Shown: positions 59,102 through 64,000 of the stretch, piece by piece
How positions within the stretch are numbered: the stretch's first letter is position 1
Layout of the letters: each line of letters begins with the position of its first letter
Assembly: GCA_943788815.1 (NCBI GenBank)
Contig: CALSRS010000001.1
Coordinates: 900,069 to 964,068, forward strand
Source: an uncultured Gammaproteobacteria bacterium
Lineage (GTDB): Bacteria > Pseudomonadota > Gammaproteobacteria > Eutrophobiales > Eutrophobiaceae
Direction: 5' to 3'
DNA length: 64,000 bases
The notes under the pieces: model-generated
The model's input: the letters and a program-made list of their open reading frames with translations, nothing else
What the model was told of the DNA's origin: nothing
Database searches by the model: none
Program-made: the position numbers and the translations under genes

Positions 59102-59602
59102 TCAGGTAAGTGGCCACGTTTTAAGTACACTGTATTTAGCCCCCTGTGGCAGGGTTTTTGATTCCACCAGGCTGAATTTTGACACCTGCATGGCAAAGTC
59201 CTGAGATTCCAGGTGAATTTGGGTCTTAATTTTGCGCGCCAAGGTCATATGAGGCCGGTAAGGACGATCCTCAACAGCGATATTATTCATGACCGCCAGC
59301 TCTGATAGATTATTCACCAGAGTGATTAACTCCCCTGGAATGTTGTCGGGGGCTAGCCAGAACACCCCAGAGCGCTTGAAAGACCCGAATCGAGATAGTT
59401 TAAGGCGGAATTTTGGACATTGGATGGTGTCTGTACCACTAAGTATGGCCATAGCCAGCTCATCTTGAATATCACCTAAAAATAACAGTGTGAGATGCAG
59501 GTTTTCCGGTGGAATAACTTTACCTACATTTAGATTGCGTGAAATTGATGCTAATTTTTCACGGGTGTGGTCATCAGGCCAGATTGCATAAAAAAGCCTC
59601 AA
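59102..59602 (-). CDS. thpR: RNA 2',3'-cyclic phosphodiesterase (2H phosphoesterase, LigT/ThpR family).
   Basis: 166 aa with two H-x-T/S-x motifs (HLTLLFLG and HMTLAR) characteristic of the 2H superfamily. Confidence 0.7.
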   Translation of the reverse strand: MRLFYAIWPDDHTREKLASISRNLNVGKVIPPENLHLTLLFLGDIQDELAMAILSGTDTIQCPKFRLKLSRFGSFKRSGVFWLAPDNIPGELITLVNNLSELAVMNNIAVEDRPYRPHMTLARKIKTQIHLESQDFAMQVSKFSLVESKTLPQGAKYSVLKTWPLT

Positions 59603-59656
59603 TTTACTGATTCCCTGGATAATAAAATTTTAATACGCTTTTTCAGAGCTGCCTGA

Positions 59657-60166
59657 CTATGTATTTTGACGATCTTCCATCTTCTCCATCAGTTCGAACA
59701 CACCCTGAATTGCCATCATAATAGCCTGCTCCCTGATTGCTATTCTATCACCCGTGAAATTCATCATGGCATTTAAAACAGTATGGTTGAGTGCCGTCCA
59801 TGCAAAGCATACCGTCCCTACAGGCTTATCCATCGTTCCTCCGTCGGGTCCGGCGATACCCGTGACTGACAAACTGACCTGTGCATGGCTATTATTCAAT
59901 GCGCCTAGTGCCATTTCATTCGCCGTTTCAATACTTACCGCACCATATAACTCTAATGTCGAGGCAGATACATTTAACAGTTCCATTTTCGATTCATTGG
60001 AGTAAGTCACCATTCCCCGATCAAACCAGGCTGAACTGCCCGGCAAACTTGTCATTGCCTTTGCGACCCCACCACCTGTGCAGGATTCTGCGACGACTAT
60101 TTTCCATTTTTTGTCGATTAATATTTCAGACAGCTTATGAAGGATATAATCAGTTGAATCTTTCAT
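59657..60166 (-). CDS. pncC: CinA C-terminal domain / nicotinamide-nucleotide amidohydrolase PncC-like protein.
   Basis: 169 aa. …KIVVAESCTGGGVAKAMTSLPGSSAWFDRGMVTYSNESKMELLNV…SVTGIAGPDGG… matches the CinA C-terminal family. It occupies the usual position upstream of recA. Confidence 0.75.
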   Translation of the reverse strand: MKDSTDYILHKLSEILIDKKWKIVVAESCTGGGVAKAMTSLPGSSAWFDRGMVTYSNESKMELLNVSASTLELYGAVSIETANEMALGALNNSHAQVSLSVTGIAGPDGGTMDKPVGTVCFAWTALNHTVLNAMMNFTGDRIAIREQAIMMAIQGVFELMEKMEDRQNT

Positions 60167-60168
60167 AA

Positions 60169-60627
60169 CTACCGCCTTGCTTTGAAAAATCGTTTTAGTA
60201 ATTCGGCGCAGTCGTGATCCATCACGCCACCAATAATAGTTGCATGATGATTTAGTTTAGGATTAGAGAACAAATCCACAACACTGCCAGCGCTGCCTGC
60301 CTTGAGATCATATGCCCCAAATACAACCCGAAGAATTCTTGAATGAAAAATTGCACCTGCACACATAACACATGGCTCTAGAGTGCAGTATAAAGTGGCA
60401 TCAATCAGACGATAATTTTTAAGTTTAGATGTTGCAGATCGTATTGCCCGTATTTCTGCATGAGCGGTTGTATCAATTGATGCAATTGGCTGGTTCCATC
60501 CTTCAGAGACTAGTTCATTATTAATGACAATCAGGGCACCAACCGGAACCTCGCCATCTTCCTCAGCTCGCTTTGCAAGATTAATTGCCTGACGCATCCA
60601 GAACTCATCATCTTTCATCGGACACAA
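60169..60627 (-). CDS. tadA: tRNA-specific adenosine deaminase.
   Basis: 152 aa with the CMP/dCMP deaminase zinc motifs HAEIRAI and TLEPCVMCAGAI. Confidence 0.87.
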   Translation of the reverse strand: MCPMKDDEFWMRQAINLAKRAEEDGEVPVGALIVINNELVSEGWNQPIASIDTTAHAEIRAIRSATSKLKNYRLIDATLYCTLEPCVMCAGAIFHSRILRVVFGAYDLKAGSAGSVVDLFSNPKLNHHATIIGGVMDHDCAELLKRFFKARR

Positions 60628-60654
60628 GTGATAGGCGTGAATCTAAGCAGTTTG

Positions 60655-61647
60655 TTATTTCTTGTCAGTCAACTGAGAGGAGATATCTGACAACAAATTT
60701 TCATTCGCATTTTCTGCTGCGGCTTTAGCCGCCATAGCACGTTCTTTTATGCGTTTCATATGTTCTAGCGTTGTCGTTGAATTTGCATATTCTCTTTCTG
60801 CCTCATCAAGCTCTTCCTTAAACCCTGCAAGATCTGCTTGTAGCTTCTTGCGCAGTTCCTCTTCTTCTGCTTTTTTCTTTAGCAGGTCTTCTTCGTTGAC
60901 CTTTTGAGCGACAACAACTTTTTCTTCTTCTTTTTCTGCCTTCGCAGCTGATTCTGCGGCCAAGGCCAGTTTTTGCTGGGCAGACTTAATCTTTGTTTGC
61001 ATCTGGTCCTTTATCGCCTCACTGACAGTAACGTCTTCCTGGGCCTGTTTGACCTTTAATGCAGTAACCTCAGCTAATGCCGCTCTTTTCATTGCCTCAG
61101 CTTCTGCCTTGGCTTTGTGAATTTCCTGCATAGCGATTTGTATTTTTTTCTGTTCTTCTTCGAGCTTCATGCGCTCTTCCTTGATGCGTTGCTCTTGCTC
61201 ATCTCTGGACTGATCCTGCTTCGCCTGCATTTCCTTGACCATCAATTCCGCCTCTTCCTTGGCGGCGGTCCGGGCTGCTTCTGCAATTGCCTTTTCTTTA
61301 CGGGCTGTCTCAATTTCAATATTATTCCTGGCAACCTCCTCAGCCAGTTTTCGGCGTTCTATCTCGAGCATTTTTCTGGCTTCCAATTCGATTTTTTTCC
61401 GCATCTCCTCCTGGGCTTGTTGCTGTTTGATCGCAGCCTCTTCCATTGCCTGTTTTGCTGCTTCCATTTCCATCTTTAACTTCTGCGTATCCTGCTTGTT
61501 TTTCCTGGACTCCTCGGCTTCTTTTTCCAGACGCTCTCTGTCGACTTTCAGTTTTGCCTCTGTATCCGCCTTGAGTTGTTCAAGCTTTTCCATTTCTTCA
61601 GCATTTTTTGCGTAAACGTCCTCAATCTTTTTCCTTTCTTCTTGCAT
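60655..61647 (-). CDS. K/E/A/Q-rich coiled-coil protein. Very likely the 3' portion of a single ~833-codon gene interrupted by an in-frame TAG at 61651-61653.
   Basis: 330 aa of near-continuous heptad-like charged sequence (…EEAEESRKNKQDTQKLKMEMEAAKQAMEEAAIKQQQ…). The reading frame is continuous with the upstream ORF: the reverse complement of 61641-61665 reads GTT CAG CAA CAA GCC GAT TAG CAA ATG CAA GAA. Confidence 0.5.
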   Translation of the reverse strand: MQEERKKIEDVYAKNAEEMEKLEQLKADTEAKLKVDRERLEKEAEESRKNKQDTQKLKMEMEAAKQAMEEAAIKQQQAQEEMRKKIELEARKMLEIERRKLAEEVARNNIEIETARKEKAIAEAARTAAKEEAELMVKEMQAKQDQSRDEQEQRIKEERMKLEEEQKKIQIAMQEIHKAKAEAEAMKRAALAEVTALKVKQAQEDVTVSEAIKDQMQTKIKSAQQKLALAAESAAKAEKEEEKVVVAQKVNEEDLLKKKAEEEELRKKLQADLAGFKEELDEAEREYANSTTTLEHMKRIKERAMAAKAAAENANENLLSDISSQLTDKK

Positions 61648-61650
61648 TTG

Positions 61651-63156
61651 CTAATCGGCTTGTTGCTGAACTATCTTGAGCCTCTCTTCCTCCTGCTGAC
61701 GCATCTTCTGGACTTCCGCTTCAACCTTTACCCTCTCAGCCTTTAAGCGTTCTTTTTCTTCTTCAAGCTTTTTAGCGGTTTCCTGATTACTAATGACCGT
61801 TTGATCAGATTTTTTTGCACGTTCTATCTCCATGCGGGTCCGTGTCAGCTCCGTGTCTATCATCGTAGCCATAATCTCGGGATCCATCTCTTCATCTTCA
61901 ACACCTGAATCTTGAGTAGGCACGGGAGCCTTCACATCATGTTTAGCAGGTTCTGCCGATGATGTTGCGGCTTTTTCTCTAGAAGCTGGTTTTTGAGTAT
62001 CGGATTTGGCTGGTGGTGGTGGTTTAGGTATCTGGGTTACTTCATCATCAGGCGCAAGTTCCGGGTGATTTACCAGACCACCGTCCAGATAAAATGCGTT
62101 TATCCCTCTGTCAGTTAATAAAAATGCACCTGCCGAACTACGTCCTCCGGTATCACAGTACACTACATAATGTAGACTGGGGTCCAGCTTGTCTGCCTGC
62201 ATACGCAAGATATTCAGTGGGACATGAATTGAGCCATCTATGTGCGATCTCTCATGCTCATTTTTAAACCTTACATCAAGCCACTTACCGCCCTGGCTTA
62301 TTATCTCCTCAGCCTTTTCATTTGAAACAGCCTTGAGTGTCGAGCTCTGAATTAGGGAAACAAAGTTATCCTTGCTTAACTGGGCAACAAGACCATCTGT
62401 TTTCATTCTGATTGTGGCATTACGGACAGTTTCGGTAATCAAGGCCTCTTCACCGAATCCATCTCCCGCAGATAATTGTGCGAGTTTTAATTCCTTGGCA
62501 CCGGGTTTAGTCTGGCGCAATACATCGCATTTTCCTTCCTGGATTATATAATAATGCTCACCCGTCTCTCCCTGGGTAATAATATTGTCACCTTTTTTGT
62601 ATTCTATGGGTTCCAACAACACAAACAACTTATGCATATTTGCTGACGGCATGCTTGCAAAAATTTCTGACTGCAACATCCGAGTCATCCAGTCCACGCT
62701 TTCATTTTCATCACCATCTATAATATCAACTTCAAGGGTGGAGGTGTTGTCTCCAAGACCATCACCGAACGCATCAGCTGACTCCCCTTGCCCCTGATGC
62801 ACAACCAGTAATTTATCCAGGCTGTTCCGATCAATTCGCATGACGATAGAGTTCACTTTTGCAACACCTGTAAACTGCCGTGGTTGAAGCTGAGCCATGG
62901 GATACTTAGATCTATCAGTTGATGCCTTGATTGAACTGCTGACCTGAGCGTTTGCGACCAGATCGATTTCACCTTCTATGAGGTAAAAAGAGTAACCGTC
63001 CCTGTCTCCTTGATTAAATATCTGATCTTTCTTATTAAGTTCGATAAGGTCAGCATTTTTGATGATCTCATTTTGGACCTCGGCAGGTAATTCATTGACC
63101 GGGATCAACTGACGGATAGTCTCAGCGTATGCTTGTTTTTCTTCAGGTATGGCCAT
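61651..63156 (-). CDS. Multidomain signalling protein with two cyclic-nucleotide-binding (CAP effector-like) domains, a rhodanese domain, a Pro-rich linker and the start of a coiled coil.
   Basis: 501 aa. The cNMP-binding-like segments are …FNQGDRDGYSFYLIEGEIDL… and …ITQGETGEHYYIIQEGKCDVLR…GDGFGEEALI…R…T. The rhodanese core is …WLDVRFKNEHERSHIDGSIHVPL…YVVYCDTGGRSSAGAFLL… (catalytic Cys in CDTGGRS). A PPPP linker is followed by a K/E coiled coil. Confidence 0.7.
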   Translation of the reverse strand: MAIPEEKQAYAETIRQLIPVNELPAEVQNEIIKNADLIELNKKDQIFNQGDRDGYSFYLIEGEIDLVANAQVSSSIKASTDRSKYPMAQLQPRQFTGVAKVNSIVMRIDRNSLDKLLVVHQGQGESADAFGDGLGDNTSTLEVDIIDGDENESVDWMTRMLQSEIFASMPSANMHKLFVLLEPIEYKKGDNIITQGETGEHYYIIQEGKCDVLRQTKPGAKELKLAQLSAGDGFGEEALITETVRNATIRMKTDGLVAQLSKDNFVSLIQSSTLKAVSNEKAEEIISQGGKWLDVRFKNEHERSHIDGSIHVPLNILRMQADKLDPSLHYVVYCDTGGRSSAGAFLLTDRGINAFYLDGGLVNHPELAPDDEVTQIPKPPPPAKSDTQKPASREKAATSSAEPAKHDVKAPVPTQDSGVEDEEMDPEIMATMIDTELTRTRMEIERAKKSDQTVISNQETAKKLEEEKERLKAERVKVEAEVQKMRQQEEERLKIVQQQAD

Positions 63157-63305
63157 AAATTTACAACTTATTAGTTAAAATGAAAATTCCATTTTTCCCC
63201 CTGCATTTATTATATATAGGGCTATTTAATTATTCTTATTAAGATCAAAAATGCTACAGTATTCAAAACCGTTGGGAAACCGGTTTTCTAGTAGTATTTA
63301 ATTTT

Positions 63306-63983
63306 ATGCTTGATGAACTCCCAAAAATCGACGCGTTAATGAACCTTCCCGTATTAATATCCGGGTGCATCGGAATCATATTCGGCTGCCTCGCTATATA
63401 TTATTTGTACAAGAAGAAAATTGTAAGATGCTGTATTCAAAGCGTTTTTGCCTTGAGTTTTCTAGGCTTAAGCGTTGTGGTTATGATGCTTGCGGTAAAT
63501 CTTCATACTTATCAAAGACTTACAAAAGAAGAAGCAATTGCCACTATTCAGTTCTGGCAATCGGGACCTCAACAGTACCTTGCGGTCCTGTCATCTGAAT
63601 CTCAAGAACACGAACAAAGCTTTGTTCTTTATGGTGACGAATGGCAAATAGATGCCAGGATAGTTAAATGGACTCCACCCGCGACCCTCGCTGGACTGGA
63701 TTCCAGATATCGTCTTGAAAGATTAAGTGGTCGATACCGGGATATTAATCAGGAAAAATTTGATCAGCGTAGTGTATTTGATCTGACTGATGAACCGGGA
63801 ATCGCGTTTTGGCCTTTATTAATAAAATTACAAGCTTATCTTGACTGGATTGATACTTACTATGGCAACAGTGTGTATCTCCCCATGGCGGACGAAGCAG
63901 TGTTTCAAATTGTCCTGACCCAGTCAGGAATTATAACCAGGCCACAGAATACGCAAGCAATACTTGCTATCACAAACTGGTAA
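63306..63983 (+). CDS. Hypothetical membrane protein with two N-terminal TM helices and a soluble C-terminal domain.
   Basis: 225 aa. The hydrophobic segments are LPVLISGCIGIIFGCLAIYYLY and VFALSFLGLSVVVMMLAV. I recognize no diagnostic motif. It is divergently oriented from the cNMP/rhodanese gene. Confidence 0.45.
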   Translation: MLDELPKIDALMNLPVLISGCIGIIFGCLAIYYLYKKKIVRCCIQSVFALSFLGLSVVVMMLAVNLHTYQRLTKEEAIATIQFWQSGPQQYLAVLSSESQEHEQSFVLYGDEWQIDARIVKWTPPATLAGLDSRYRLERLSGRYRDINQEKFDQRSVFDLTDEPGIAFWPLLIKLQAYLDWIDTYYGNSVYLPMADEAVFQIVLTQSGIITRPQNTQAILAITNW

Positions 63984-64000
63984 AGCCTATGTATCAGCAA

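Overview
A 64-kb chromosomal segment, AT-rich, probably gammaproteobacterial. The right third (53.2-63.2 kb, all on the minus strand) is a conserved housekeeping block: tadA, cinA/pncC-like, thpR-like, recA, recX, alaS, lysC and csrA, followed by tRNA-Ser(GCU). This is the same order seen in many gammaproteobacteria. Next to it is a two-part coiled-coil protein with cNMP-binding and rhodanese domains, split by one in-frame TAG, and a small membrane protein.

Downstream of the tRNA-Ser the window turns into accessory DNA. There are tRNA-Ser fragments, an IS3-family insertion sequence (orfA/orfB in -1 frame arrangement), and then one long minus-strand operon. The operon is: a TolC-family outer-membrane channel gene; a single 46.2-kb gene encoding a 15,403-aa secreted RTX-type giant protein; a DUF3467-like small protein; a membrane-fusion protein (HlyD family) carrying a ~320-aa cytoplasmic GAF-like extension; and a membrane M50 (site-2-type) metalloprotease that runs off the window start.

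The giant protein has an N-terminal LEPR-XLL motif after a basic stretch, an internal RTX block, a metzincin-like HExxHxxGxxD zinc site, many ancient domain arrays, a C-terminal RTX beta-roll and 3.5 near-identical 726-bp tandem repeats. No ABC transporter gene is present in the window. The most interesting hypothesis is that the M50 protease, the GAF-bearing adaptor and the DUF3467 protein form a non-canonical sorting/processing module for the LEPR-XLL giant protein.

Plus-strand ORFs inside 3.1-49.4 kb, including a 715-aa one, are antisense artefacts of the repetitive giant gene.
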